Source of the DNA: Euglena gracilis
Taxonomy: Eukaryota
DNA: 64,000 nt
NCBI GenBank assembly: GCA_039621445.1
Contig: CP154954.1
Location: forward strand, 8,434,634-8,498,633
Direction of reading: 5' to 3'
Shown here: piece by piece, positions 50,726-62,934 of the stretch
How positions within the stretch are numbered: position 1 is the first letter of the stretch
Layout of the letters: each line of letters starts with the position of its first letter
Made by a program: the position numbers and the translations under genes
The notes under the pieces: model-generated
Seen by the model: only the letters and a program-made list of their open reading frames with translations
Told to the model about the DNA's origin: nothing
Databases searched by the model: none

Positions 50726-51522
50726 AACCCTGGCGTCTTTCATGGCCAAAATCTTTGCACTGGACATGACTACAAGGACAGGGACTTGGTTCCTCAAAGC
50801 AAGCTTGAACTGCGGCACGATGAAACTCATTCACTTCGTGCTCCTTGAACCTCTGAACTGCTTTCTTCCAATTTTTGAAACCATTCTCAACGAATGCTTG
50901 CCTTGCAGAACTTTGATGTGAAGATATCCTAAGCATTGGTGTTTGCCGCAAACCACTCAACCCCACTTGAATACTCACCAAATTGCCTTGCAATCAAGGA
51001 TCTCCATTTTTGCACCGGAAAGCCCAACTCTCCCCACAAGCACAAATGCAATGCCAATGCTAGTCGGTGGCAGAGGCACCTTCAATGAAACTGCTTCTCG
51101 GCAAACCTTGCAGAATGCCAAACCTTTTCAGTGTCATGAACCAACCTCTCAAACATATCTTGCCAATTTGTCAAGAACCGCCGTCCGGCGGTAGCAATAG
51201 GGGATGGCTGGCCATTAGAAGAGGGCAAGGCACCAACCTTTGGCCTCAAAAACTCGTCCATAGGGGGTTGAGCCCCCGCGTCCCCCGCGTCCCCCCCCGC
51301 GTCCCCCCCGCGTCCCCACCAAGTGGCTTGGTATCCTTTTTTGAAGAGGCTTTTCTGCAATGTCCCGGCATGCTTGACGTGATGAAACAAAGAAAAGGGG
51401 AGAAGGAAAAAGAACGTTGCAAAGTGAGAAGTCAAATTTTTATCCTTGCCACTCAAAAAAATGGCAGTTGTTTGCTGGAGCCCAGGCATGGGGGGGGGGG
51501 GTCCCGTGGGACCCCCCTGCCG

Positions 51523-51608
51523 CTTGTGATGGGTGAAGGTCGTGTCCTAACGAGTCTCTTACGGACTTGTGATGGGTGAAGGTCGTGACCTAACGAGTCT
51601 CTTACGGA
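51523..51608. repeat. Two-copy 43-bp tandem duplication
   Basis: CTTGTGATGGGTGAAGGTCGTG(T/A)CCTAACGAGTCTCTTACGGA twice. Confidence 0.9.
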
Positions 51609-54187
51609 TGCTTCCGATTTCTTTGTACTGCAGTTGATGGGATGCGGGAAGACAATTGGTGGTGGTTGCAAAAGTGTCCATTTGTTAAATTTATTTCCTG
51701 TTTGTTCGGCATGATCAATGCTAATCCTAGAATGTCCCCCTGCAATCACTGCGCACCTTTCCCATTTTGTGTCCTTTTTGTTGACACCGTTCCCATCTCC
51801 TGTTCTCTTTTCCATTTTGTCAATTTTTTTCAGCCCATGGCATTCAGCCCATCCTCTCACCTGGAATTTCTGATCATGGTGTATCCCAAAGAGCCATCTT
51901 CCCATTTTGAGTTTGCTAGAGGCTGGCTTTCAAAGATTTTTTTTGAAAGGGAATTTTGTAGGATATTCTAATCGACCAGCACATTTTTTGGGAATGTTGG
52001 GCCATTTTTGACAAAACTCCATTTTGGGTGTGGAAATGCACCAGTTTTTGGAGGCTTTTTTTAAGAGGACGTTGCGTTGCAAAACTTCTTTTAAAAAACA
52101 CACTTTCCATTTTTTTTTGCAAAAAGCACTTTTTTGTTGCCTTTTTCAATAAAAAAAAGAACAGAATTTTTTTGAAAAAGTCAGCTTTGATCATGGTCCC
52201 TAGAATGGTGGTGCCCCCGCGCCCCCCCCCCCCCGCGTCCCCCCCGCGTCCCCAACACCCCCATATTGATCTATGAAGAAGAGCAGTGCCAAAAAAAAAA
52301 GTTGAAAAAAATACTGAAAATTTTTTTCACCCCAAAATCCCGGGGGTGGCGGCCGCCCCGCCCGACCCCCCCTTGTGACACCTATGGCCAGGGATAAACT
52401 CCGTCTCCATGTCCGGGTCGTTGTCCTCGAGGGCGCTCGGGCCCCTCGAAGTTGCCCTCGCTCCGGTCAACGGGAGTGCAGCTGAGGAGGATCTGCAGCA
52501 GGTGTTCGAGTCATGCGTGTCATGCGTGGATGCCATCTCCGCGGGCCCCGCGGCGGTGGGAGGCACTGTGGGTGTTGCCAAGAGGAAGCCCACGGCTCGT
52601 GCTGGGTCAGTCGTCATGTCAATGTCCATCAAACCTTGAAGATGTTTCGGGGGGGGCCAGGCCCTGGGTTCCCCTTGATGTCTCCGCACGCTAGCAAGCA
52701 TGTTACACGTCCCTGGCTACCGTGCAGGCGCTCGTTATCACTTTCGCCCTCTCCAAGGGGGTGTCGTCCCCGTGACCCCCCCCGTGACCCCCCCGTGACC
52801 CCCCCCCCCCGTGACCCGGATTTGAACGCCCCCCGATTTTGGGGTCCGCAAACGCACGTGCTTCAATCACAACTGCTTTCAGTATTTTTTTCAAATGTCG
52901 CGGAAGCCGGAAACATTGAAGAGGAGGCCACATCCCCCCCGTGACCCCCCCGTGACCCCCCCCCCCGTGACCCCCCCGTGACCCGGCACACCCAACTCCC
53001 GGTGCGGTTTCTGGACTGGGCGCCGGCAGCAACCTACTGTGGAGCATCCTCAAGATGCACGGTAGGCTCATCCCCGCCAGGCGACGGCGTGGATGGCGGC
53101 GGCCAGTGACCTGACCGCCGGCGCTGTGTTTTTTGCCGCCTTGGTTTCCGTCACGTCACCCAGCGTGAAGAGGTCATCGACCCACCCGCGCCGGGGATGG
53201 ACACGGGCTGCGAAAGAGTCTTTGCGCTTCGAGCAGGGGCCTTGTGTTGGCTCCGATGCTGCGGTCTTTTTTGTGTAACGCTGGTTTGGGAAGATGAGCG
53301 GCGGCGGCGCTGTCTCGGGCTTTTGGCATGGAGTTCCTCGGAGCGGAGCGATGGAGCATCTGTTTTTCCGATGACCTAATCTGACTTTTTGCTGAGGGGG
53401 TGGCGGGGATTCCAACACAGGGTCGTCGGTTTCTTCTTCCGGTGAAACACGATGGGCCAGTGTCGGAATAATTCCTACAAACCCTTGGGCAAATGTCGCT
53501 GGGGGTTTCCGTTTGTCGGTGGGACTTCCCTTCATGTTGGGATTGTTCCTGTTGCAACTGCTGCTGGGATTATTCCTGCAGCAAGTGGTGCTGGCATTCT
53601 GCTGGCAGATGGTGCTGGGGCCTTCTCGGCAAAGGGTGCTGGGACTTTTCAGGCAGCAAATACTGCTGGGAATTTCCCTGCTGCAAATGCTGCTGGGATT
53701 TCCCCTTCAAATGGTGTTGGGAATTTCCTGGTTGATGTTGCTGGCATTTCCCAGTTCACAGTACAAACATGTTGCACTTCTGCTGGGATTTTTCTGGTTG
53801 CAAATGTCGCTGGGATTTCCCAACCAGATTTGAACTGTACAGGCAATTGTGAGTCACTGGGGAAGATGCAATGGGAAAGAAAATATGTGACTGGGGAGGG
53901 GGTACATCCCCCACTTTGACAGACCCAGTGTCCCATGTGCTTTCATTTCCCCTGGGGCATGCAACAACAGCAAGGCAAAGATGTGGAAGATATGGAAGTC
54001 CTTGTCTTAATAATGTCTTAACAAAGGTCGATGATCCACATGGTGCCATTGTCAGTACATCTTGGCTGATGGGGCTGCCTGTGGCTCTACTCCTGCTGCT
54101 GGGGCGGCCTGAAGCTCTGCCCTTGCTGCTGGAGTCGCCTGAGGCTTTGCTCCCATAGCTTGATGTCTGGAGCATGCTGCTGCTGGT

Positions 54188-56097
54188 CAGGGATGACCCT
54201 CGTTTTCTAACCGATCGTTTTAAAACACTTTTTTTTCGAAAAAAAACCGTTTTTTTGAAAAAAACCGGTTTTTTTTACCTTCGCCGCCCCCCCGCCGTTT
54301 TTTTCAAAAAAAATTTAGTTTCTTTTTTCCTTCGCCCCTCGCCCCTCAAGGCATGAGAAGAACACCGCTGTCTGAGTTGGACTCGCCGTCACCTGGAAAC
54401 TTGCACCTGGGGGACCCGAAAATAGACGCCAGTTTCTCACTTTTTTTTGCGCTCTTGGACGCACCGCCTGCCGAGGGCTTTGTTGTTTCCCCCGGCCCCC
54501 CAGAGAAAGGACCGTTTTCATGGACCCCTGGCTGGAAAAAAAAACCCCCGGGACAGGGCCCGCCCTGTGGTGCAAAACTTTTCCCCCAAGATGGGGCACA
54601 AAACTGCCCCAAGATGGGGGCACAAAACTGTCCCAAGATGGGGCACGAAACTCCCCAAAATGTTGGTGCCAAAGTTGTGCCAGAAAACTGGACCCAAAAG
54701 GTTTCCAAAATGTTGCCCCAACCTGTGGCTAAGGTTGTTTCGATTAATTGATTTTTTTATTAATCGTTCGCCACCCCTTGATTAATCGTTCATTCGGCCA
54801 GGGGGTGATTAATCGAAATAATCGGTCTTCCCAAGGAAACCATTGAAAAAGCAGTGCAGGAAAACACTTGGGAGTGATCATTTTGGAGGCTCTGTCTCAC
54901 AGAAATGTCACTGTGTGTTGCTTTCTTTTGGGGGAAACAAAAAACCAAAACCGAAATCTGTCCTCCAACCCCCCCCCCTCCCCCAATGTGGGCGATGCTT
55001 TGACTTGGGCACAACCAGATTGATGAAGTCCTTCAGACCCACAACAACGCGTGGTGTATATTTTTTGTTGACCATCTGAGAAGACCCAAAATTGAGCTGA
55101 ATAAATAAATAAAAATACTCTTGAAATCCTCTTAAAATGCTGCCATACCCAAGAGGTTGCCATAACAAAATCAAAGCCGTGCAAGGAAAAGATCCTGAAA
55201 GGAAAAAAATCATTTTTAAAGAAAGACATTCTTTCCCAAGGGAAAATGAAGCGTTTGTTGGTCATCATAATGCTAGGAACCCAAAGGGGGCATTAATCGT
55301 TCGGTAATCGTTCGCCACCCCCCGATTAATCGGCATTAATCGTTCGGTGCCGTCGATTAAGATTAATCGTCCAACCTTACTGTGGCACAAAACTCCCGCC
55401 ATGTGGACACAAGATGTGGCCCCTATCTGTGACGAAGATGTGGCCCACAGCTGTTCCAGAAAGCGAGACCCAAAAAGATGTGGCACCAAAATGTTGCCCA
55501 CCTGTGGCACCAAATTGCCCCCAAGATGTGCACCAAACTCTGGCCCCAAGATGTGCACTAAATTGGCCAAAATGTGGACAGCAGAATGGTCCTAAAATGC
55601 TTCCCCCGGCTGTGGCCAAGATGTGGCCCAAAATGTGGCACCAAACTGGGGGTGAATGTTGAATGTGCTTGGGTGGACAAAAAACTGTTTAAGGAGCTTT
55701 TCCCAGGGCAAGGCAAAACACAGTGAAACAGAAACAGCTGAAACATAGGACCAATTTACTTGAAGCACATCATGACGAACTTCTGCAGCAGCGCCTTGCG
55801 AAGGTCCTCAAGTTCATTCATTTTTCTTTTATCTCACTTGACCTTTAAGCAACTCACTTGGATCTTGAAAGTTGTCAAATTGACGTGTCGCACCACCATG
55901 GACCTTCACCTGTCGGCCAAGCTGTATGAAAGAATGCATACCCATTGCAACACAGGATCCTCGATACCCATCGGGATATATAAGGATTTAACCAGACACC
56001 GCGATTCCTAATCCAAAAAAACCAACGGTGGTTTTTTTGAAACAAAAAAACGCAGTTTTTGGTTTTTTTGAAAAAACCCAAAAAAACACCATCCCTG
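54188..56097. mobile_element. Non-autonomous hAT element, 1.9 kb
   Basis: TIR CAGGGATG/CATCCCTG; perfect 8-bp TSD CTGCTGGT. Confidence 0.92.
54730..55379. mobile_element. hAT MITE (TAAGGTTG family) nested in the previous element
   Basis: TIR TAAGGTTG/CAACCTTA; flanking duplication CTGTGGC; subterminal GATTAATC repeats. Confidence 0.85.
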
Positions 56098-56326
56098 CTG
56101 CTGGTGCAAGCAATGTGGACCCCAGATGTCTGGAAGCTGCAGCTGCTGAGCATGCTGCTGGTGCACTCAATGTGGACCCCACTCTCCAGGAAGGAGACTG
56201 ACTCCAAACTTAAACAGCAGAAACTGTAGCAGCCAATTGTGAAAATAATTGAAGCTCCGTCTCCTTGGGAGTCAGCAAGGAACTTTTACAGGCCACGCCC
56301 GCTTGTCAGACATATTTATGTGGAAA

Positions 56327-56351
56327 CGAAAAAAATAGACACTCAGAAAGT
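56327..56351 (-). other. Euglenid spliced-leader exon copy heading a retroposed transcript
   Basis: ACTTTCTGAGTGTCTATTTTTTTCG followed by TTTCCACATAAAT-ATG, not by a GT donor. Confidence 0.88.
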
Positions 56352-59040
56352 GCATGGACTTTCTAGTATAGCTTCCCAACATGAGCGCGGAAACGGCGGT
56401 GGGGCGAACCGAATCCACCAATCAGTGGCACAGCCTACTGGCTTTGTCTGAGTTCGTGGGAGCGGGGCTATGTACGGATGGGCAAAGCCCATGGGCAGTG
56501 TATGAGGAGGCGGTTGAATGGCAGGGAGGTTTAGGTGGCAGCCGGCAGCGGCAGTAGCGGCTTATGCCTGTACCGCTGATCCGTATTCTCCGTGTTCTGG
56601 GAGCGGTGGCTGCTTCGTAGGCTGTCCTGGCGCGGCCTCTGTACCGGGAATGCAGGTAGCGGATGAACACCTTGTGTGTCGTTTGCGGGTGGTGGCCTGC
56701 GTCGTGCGTTGGCCTGATGCTTTGGCGGAGGCAGATGAGGCGCTGGTGGAGGCGTGGGGTTAGCAGGGGGTCGGGGTCCGTGTTGCTATTATTGCTGTTA
56801 GATAGCGAATCAGCGGAGCACATGCTTCGGTCGTAGCAGCCTGAACAGGGCCAACGCCAAGCTCTGGTAGCTGTCAGCCTGCCGCGTCGAACGCACGTCG
56901 CCTTGGTTGCAGGAGGTCGATCGTTGATCAGTGTCGTCAACAGCTTGGCGCTCTCCGGGCCCAGGCCTCCCCAGGTCCCAAAGGCCAGCGTGGCAAAGGA
57001 CCAGCCCCCGTTTCGACACGGTATGTCGTACTTGGCGTGCTTTGCGGTCTCCTTCCGTTTGAGGAAGGTTCTCCATCGTTCCCTGGACGCTGTCCTCTCA
57101 GCAGACTGCCAGCCGTGTGCAACTGTGATGTGGTCAGTTTCCCGTCTTGCCACGTTGCAAGCAATAGGTCCGCAGGTCGTAGGGAGGCGTCTGGCTGGTT
57201 CAGTACTGGCACCTCGCGTTGCACACTCTGGCCGTTCGCGGACAGGAGTTTGTGTAAGGCTTTCTGAACGGCGTTGAGTCGGTTTGCAAAGTTGTTCCGA
57301 ATGCAGCACATGTCGTGATCCCCGTGGACGTCTGCCACAGACTGGCACCCCGCACACGTGGTTGGCGTGTCGGCTAGGGGCAGCCCAAGCCACCACTTCA
57401 GGCCAAGGCAGTAGTCAGCGGGCTCAATCACCGTGTGCAGAGCCTCGTTGGGGGCTGCTGCCATCCAGCCGTGGCCGATACCGCTGATCTGTTCCATAAG
57501 ACGCGCCTTGTCCCTTGCAGACCACCTGTCGATGAGGGCGTCCACATGGGCCTTGGATAGTTGGGTCTGCCACCATTTCTGCGAGGTGTCATTTGCCGAC
57601 TGATGCCGTCAGCCGGTTGCTCTCAGGGTGACGGGCGCCGAGGACTGAGCCAAGGTCACTGGCGGCTTGCTGGCAAAGCCGGTCGTCCGGGGCGGCCGCG
57701 TAGCTTGGACAGGCGACCCGCTTATGTCCATGTGTGTAGAACTGGCATAGGGCAGCGGTACGGGCTGCTGCTTGGTGGGAGGCGGGAATACGAAGGCCAC
57801 ACCCACCTTGTGACAACGGTAGCGAGTCACAAGGCGGTGGTCTGTGCTGAGGGCTTGGCCGATGATATCCTCGAAGGCACCGAAGATCGTCTCACTGCAC
57901 CGAGTCACTTCACCCTGCGCCTGGTAAAGTCAGAGGCACAGGAGGTGGTTAACTCTGCAGCCGTCCAGGCAGGACCTCAGGAGGTGGTGCGCGAGCTGGG
58001 GGTCAGTGACCGAGGTGACTAGGTCCGCAGCCTGTTCCAGCTTGGTTGTTGCCGTCCATGCTGCCACTGTGTGCCCTGCAGTGGTTGGGAAGTCGACGGG
58101 GCAACCCAGGACAGTGATCCCAGAGCCCTCGACCCAGGGTACGACCTGAACTTTCTCGAGGTCAGGGAGAGCGCCAGCAGCCGGACCCCATGCGACGCAT
58201 TTCGCCAGGTTCAATTGGACCCCGTTGCGTGCCCCTTCGGTCCGCAGGAACTCGAGGCCCTTCTGCAAAGCCCGGGGTTCACCGACGAGCACCCCATCAT
58301 CCAGGTACCATGAGGACCAGAGCAGCTCTGCTTGCTGGCTGATGGTCTCGCTGATGGTGTGGAGGCCCACTGCAAAGCCGATGGGTCCCAGCGGGCAGCC
58401 CTGGTGTGTGCCTCTCGTGGAGTGGAGGACGCGTCCCTCGCTGAACAAGGGTGCCGGCTGGCCGTAGGCGAAGCGCAAGTAGTTGAAAAGCGATGGAGTG
58501 CGCGTTTGCGCTTCCTGCAGAAGGACATTTCTGTCCAGTGTTTTGAAGGCGTTCTTCAGGTCCACCTGAAGAATGGCCCAATTCCCCTGCGGATCCAGTT
58601 TCGGGACCAGGCTTTGGGTTGCCATTGCGACGGATTCGGGAGCATTGTGGACCCCTACCTGCAGGGGGCTCGGCCGGCCCACTTGGTCCTTGGCGGCGCA
58701 GGGTGTAGGAGGGCTTTCCCAACCAATCGCCGAATAGTGTCACCCACCGCGATGGGGCGAACGCCGTCGTCCTTTTTCCAAAGAGGGGTGAGGTTGGCAG
58801 CGCACCACCAGGGGCCGTGATCAGCGGGCAGCTTTCCGTCTACCCACCTGGCGAGAGCTTCCCCAAGGCCGTGAGTTGGCGTGCTCCTTGACCAGGGCGG
58901 CGAACAGCGTCCTGTAGGTGGCAAGGGCGCAAACCAGATGGCCCCGGCGAGGAGGTCCGAGGGAAACGGAGTATTGTGTCCCTGAGGAGCTCCTCCCACC
59001 GCACCTGTTGACCATCCGGGAGCGGTGGTACTGCGCGGGT

Positions 59041-59876
59041 TAAGGTTGCCCGATTAATCGATCTTGAGGCTGTTGATCGATAATTGCCGATTAATTGGGG
59101 GGGGGCGATCGATTAATCGATTAATGCTCTCCTCAATCAAATTGCCAAAAATGTGGGATAAACTCCTAATTACATCCCAAAAGTTCTAAAAATAGTTACA
59201 CGTGACATTGTATGTTAGGTCACGCTGGTCACATGTGACCTGTCAAAACTGCCACATTCCCACCGCGACCCCCCCTCCCCGCGACCTCACCCGCGACCCG
59301 TACACCCGCACACCCGCAGCGTCAAGGCACTTTTTATAAATCGGAAAAAGAGAGAGAAAAGGGGATTTTTTGGGGGGGGGTTGGTTTCAGGTGCTCTCGT
59401 TCCTGTCAAACTCCAACGCCAAAGTGGATGCTGGGGAGGTGCAATTTTCAAGCATGTGAATCAAAAAGTTCGGTTTTTGGTATTTTGGGTGGCTTTTGGG
59501 GTCTAACTTGCTTGGTTAGTTGATGGCCCATGGGAACAGTAAGGGGGGGGGGGGCTGGTCCCCCCCGCTTACTGTTCCCATGGACCCAAAAGGGGGCCAC
59601 GACAAGAATGGTAAGGGGGGACATGGTATCCCATGTTTGTTGACCCTTTCTGCCCCTGTAAAGGAGGAGGTGGACAAGTGACTATTGAAAGAAACAGTGT
59701 TTCGCAAATGATCCATCTTCTGTGTTTGTTGCATGCCATTGTCAACGTCTTGAAGTCAAGCATGCGGACTTTTTCCATTGTGCAATGGGTGATTTGTAAC
59801 GGAGGCGATTATTTTCGATTAATTGACCCCCCTGCCGATTGATTAATCGATTAATCGATTAATCGAAGCAACCTTA
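59041..59876. mobile_element. hAT MITE (TAAGGTTG family) inserted in the CRE element
   Basis: TIR TAAGGTTG/CAACCTTA; CGATTAAT subterminal repeats; degenerate TSD. Confidence 0.82.
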
Positions 59877-60059
59877 CGCCGGGCAGCGCATCGAGGCTTA
59901 CTGGGCGTCCAGGTTGAGGTTGGGTTAGAAATACCAAATTTTTCCCCGCCCCCCCCCCCCATGTGCTCCCCTGTCCAAGGCCTATCGGACAATTTATCAC
60001 ACTGCAGCGGTTTTCCAACCTTGCAACTGATTTCCAGGAAGCGCAACAGCGCACTCTCC

Positions 60060-60250
60060 AATTGAGCGGTGTCTTTTGCCCAAGTTTCTGCCCAAGCACA
60101 TGAAAGTTTTGCCTCCCGCACTTATGTGCAACAATTGGAGGAGAGACTTTCTCGATTGGAGCAGAAATCTTGTCATTCTGGTGAAGTTCCTGCTGAAGTT
60201 GCAAGTTTTCACACCCAAATCGCAAATATTGCGAGTAGGTTTGAGGATTT
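60060..60250 (+). pseudogene. Fragment of element-B-family gag inserted antisense in the CRE ORF
   Basis: FASRTYVQQLEERLSRLEQKSCHSGE..HTQIANIASR matches FASSTYVQQLEERRSRLERNSCRCGE..YAHIANIASR at ~30.5-30.7 kb. Confidence 0.85.
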
Positions 60251-60855
60251 GCAACAACAGCGGCAAAGGGCCCCTTCCCCCACCAACGTGCGGGCACGGG
60301 GAAGCACAGCGGCCGGCATGGCGGCGGGCTCGGTGTGTGCTTTTTTGGCCGCCCGCGGCTCGATGGATGCTGGTGGCAGTCGGGTGGCGTTTCTTAGCTC
60401 TGTCATCAGCGTTCCATGGTCACCTTGCCGGAAAAGTTGGACGCACCGCCTGGTCGCGGTGGAGATGTCCTCCGCGGCCTCACGTCCCGCACTTGGGACT
60501 GTCCGAAGCACCAGTTTGGGGAAAGCGAGGGTGGCGAACAAGCTGTCCGTGGTTGGCCTATGACGTATTCCGCGATGACATCGGAGAGGGTCTCGGAGAC
60601 GTCACGTTGGTTGGCCGCAGGTACATGAAGGACTGTGATTGCGCGGCAGAGGAGGACCTCCTGGAGGTTGGCCGGCTGCGGCAGGATGGTGATTCCGAGC
60701 GGGCCGCCGTGACGGATATCAGAGTTATTTCCGCTTTGGTCAACCACCACAGCCGTGGGTGTGTCGTCTGCTGGGTGTGCTAAATCGTTGGTGCTGTCGC
60801 GAGGTGGCTCCGCCGACGCGACGACCGATGTGGCTGACCTCTTTCTCCCTCCGGG

Positions 60856-60894
60856 CGGACCTGGGTTGCTTTTAATGTCCCCGCAGGACAGGAG
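60856..60894 (-). other. 2A-like (StopGo) peptide LLSCGDIKSNPG/P near the N-terminus of the CRE ORF
   Basis: Matches LLxxGD(V/I)ExNPGP except E>K (a single G>A change). Confidence 0.75.
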
Positions 60895-61989
60895 GCTCCC
60901 TCGGCCCGTCTTGGTGGACGCTCGGCAATAGGGGAGGTGTCCACCAGGTAGATCACGACATGGTCCAGGGTGCAGGCAGCGGTTCGTTCCAAGCTGGGAG
61001 ATGCGGCAGCGACGGTCATCTGGTGTAAGGCGTATCGTGGGCTGGCGTTTCTCAGCCATGTAGACGTTCCGCGTCGGCAAGAGACAGCACTTCCCCCAAG
61101 GCCAGTGAGACCCGTCTCGACAGGTGCAGGTATCTTCCGAGGGGAACCGTGTATCCCAGAGGCCGTCAGCCCAAACGTAGAAGGTGCGTCCGCCTACTGT
61201 CGCTTGGGACGGCCACCCCAGGGGTGGGTCGGTGAGGATCCATTTTGGCCAGGGCGGTTGGTCCTTGGCGCGGAGGTACGGGGCCTCACGCCGGCGGCGC
61301 GGTCGCTCTCCGTCGGTTCCTCGTCCTTGGCTGAGGTCGGCACTGGCCGTTCGGCCGCAGCGAGCCGTGCAGATTTTTGACCTTGGTGGCCCCGGCCAGA
61401 GATTACCGTACCGCCTCCCCCTGGTCGGAGATGGGGGGGGTCGGTTCTGCCAAAAGAAACTCCAAGCAAAAAGGCCGAGATGTCGCAGTGCCGCTCTTCC
61501 CCACAGACAATGAAGGGATCAAATCAGAACTACTCAGAAAAGACAACGACGTCAAGGCGAAAACAAGACCCCTGCTCGAAGCGCCAAGACATCTCGGCAG
61601 CCAGTGTCCATGGGGGGTCGGCACGCCGTGGCGAGCCGTCCAGCTAGGGGGGGGGGGAGGGGGGGGTTTGGCGTGGCGAGGGGGTCCCGAATGGGGGGGG
61701 GGGGGGGGGTGCGCGGGGGTTTTCCAAGAAAATTTTATTTGGCGCGGCTGACATGGCGTGGCGAGGGGGTCTGAAAAGGGGGGGGAGGGGGGCGGTAAAA
61801 TGGCGTGGCGAGGGGGTCGGTGAGGGGGGGGGGAGGGGTAGGGCGTCTGTTTTTTCCCTGAATCTGCCCAGTGAGGTGGCGAAGCTAGCCCCAGGCTGCG
61901 GCAAGCGTTTCTGGCAGAGGGCGTGGCAGGATTGTACAATCTGTGGGCCATTGGGTCCACCACTTTTGCTCCCAGTGTCTTTGATGCAG

Positions 61990-62265
61990 TCTCCAGGGTC
62001 CACTGTTATGGGTTTCCCCGGAGTTTCATTGGAATTGAAATCCTCTGCAGTTTTGGGGAAAGCACAGAGCCAAACACATGGTTTCAAAGCAAAATGTCTC
62101 GCCAATCTTGTTAATGTTTTTGCTGAAATGTCCAGGGTCCACTGCTGAGCTTTTCTCCTGGGTTTGGGCTTGCGGGAAAATCTTCTGCAGCATTTTGGGA
62201 AAGCACAAAGCCAAACCCAAGATTTGGAAGCAAAATGTCTGTAAATGGGTCCACCAATCTTGTTC
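61990..62265. repeat. Two diverged ~140-bp direct repeats
   Basis: TCCAGGGTCCACTG..CTGCAG..GGGAAAGCACA.AGCCAAAC..AAGCAAAATGTCT..CCAATCTTGTT twice. Confidence 0.8.
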
Positions 62266-62346
62266 AAGATGCCTCACCGACCCGGGATATCCATCAAACC
62301 CCGGAGTTTGCAGCGACAGTCTGTGCCCTGGGCAGAGACCCCGGAC

Positions 62347-62690
62347 TTAGACGGCCGTAACTGGACACTTTTTTCCCCAAAAAATTGGTCAAAATTTTGG
62401 CCTAAAACGGGTTTTCTAGGAGCACTTTTGAAAAAATTCCAGGCGCATTTGCGCCTAAACCCAATTTTAAATATTGCCACAGAGTGCCCCAATTTCTTAA
62501 CTAATTCCGTAGAAATCATGGGGTTTTGTGACAAAAAGATATCCAAGAATTTTGCTTTCTATGGTGAAGTTGTGGCGTTATTTGGGCTTTGAAGATTGAC
62601 ATTTTGCGAAAGACCCTTTGAAGGGCTATTTTCTCAAGCCACAATTCCAGGCGCAATTTGATTTTTTAGTGTCCAGTTACGGCCGTCTAA
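62347..62690. mobile_element. MITE with ~23-bp perfect TIR
   Basis: TTAGACGGCCGTAACTGGACACT / AGTGTCCAGTTACGGCCGTCTAA; TSD only partially matching. Confidence 0.75.
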
Positions 62691-62934
62691 GCCGGAGTCT
62701 ACATCGACATGTGAGATTCAGCCACCTAGCAGCAGCACGTCGACATCGCATCAGTGGCTCAAGCCCTGGGAGATCCAGCCCTAGGAGAAGTAGCAACAGC
62801 AGCAGCACATCGACATTGTCGCTTCACATATGTCGTTGTGAACTCCGGGGGTTGTTGAAATCACCCGGGTCGGTGAGGCTGTGGCTGCAAATGAGCCAGT
62901 AGAGTGAACACGGAGTGGATAAAACAATGAACTC

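Larger units (their letters stand above)
48173..52375 (-). mobile_element. Internally deleted hAT element with the 5' part of a ZMYM1-like transposase
   Basis: Imperfect TIRs CAGGGGGTCGGGGGGCGGCCGCC; AFVENGFKNWKKAVQRFKEHE..H (~50.8 kb) and LKAIFQTLQYLAAQGIP (~49.3 kb). TSD unclear. Confidence 0.6.
56420..61440 (-). mobile_element. CRE-clade (RLE) non-LTR retrotransposon, near full length, decayed
   Basis: LTPLWKKDDGVRPIAVG, VDLKNAF, QGCPLG, WYLDDG, CAGC..H..CC knuckle, LRPADLL, DITV, K..KY..C..F (RLE). Frameshifts and two insertions; ends approximate. Confidence 0.9.

Noticed and set aside
53452-53936. AAGI/PAA repeat ORF as a gene
   Set aside because: Degenerate ~27-30 bp repeat is open on one strand and stop-interrupted on the other; strand and product cannot be assigned.
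56327-56351. Functional SL RNA gene
   Set aside because: No GT donor or SL intron after the exon in either copy.
61532-61540. Partial SL (TTTCTGAGT) as a CRE insertion junction
   Set aside because: A 9-nt match is expected by chance in a window of this size.
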